The notes under the pieces are model-generated. The model was not told the DNA's origin. It made no database searches and saw only the letters and a program-made list of their open reading frames with translations. A program made the translations under genes and the position numbers. A DNA stretch of 64,000 bases from Stylophora pistillata (taxonomy: Eukaryota), in assembly GCF_002571385.2 (NCBI RefSeq), contig NW_019217822.1, forward strand, positions 1 through 64,000, read 5' to 3'. Every line of letters begins with the position of its first letter. The first letter of the stretch is position 1. This document shows, in pieces, positions 63,867-64,000 of this stretch.

Positions 63867-64000
63867 GTATGCACATTTTGTACATTTTAATAAATCAAAG
63901 CAATATGCATTTTATGAACTTTTTATCCAAAATGGCTACAATTTTGTCATTCTTCAATTTTATGCTTTGGTCCCCCTTAACCTAAGATATGTCTTCAACC

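Overview
AT-rich eukaryotic genomic DNA with spliceosomal introns and several N gaps. The repeat landscape suggests a cnidarian, probably a stony coral (inference). Seven host genes could be assembled by hand: a pitchfork/PIFO (CIMAP3)-like ciliary gene (minus, runs off the left edge), the Hippo kinase LATS/warts (plus), NDUFAF4 (minus), a MATCAP/KIAA0895-like tubulin carboxypeptidase (minus), EEF1AKMT1/N6AMT2 (plus), NUP43 (minus) and UTP11 (plus, runs off the right edge). Mobile DNA includes a decayed Gypsy LTR element primed by tRNA-Ser, a 5'-truncated Penelope-like element, a LINE 3' end, SINEs, many MITEs and a THAP-encoding foldback. The most interesting observations: (i) several minimal hammerhead-ribozyme motifs, including a U3-A8 covariant core and a 137-bp copy inserted with a 13-bp target-site duplication; (ii) a tandem-plus-inverted array of ~250-bp units, each carrying a tRNA-Thr-like Pol III cassette; (iii) LATS, EEF1AKMT1 and NUP43 together, matching the neighbours of human LATS2 and LATS1; (iv) a GC-AG intron, a 17-nt microexon and a uORF-rich LATS leader.
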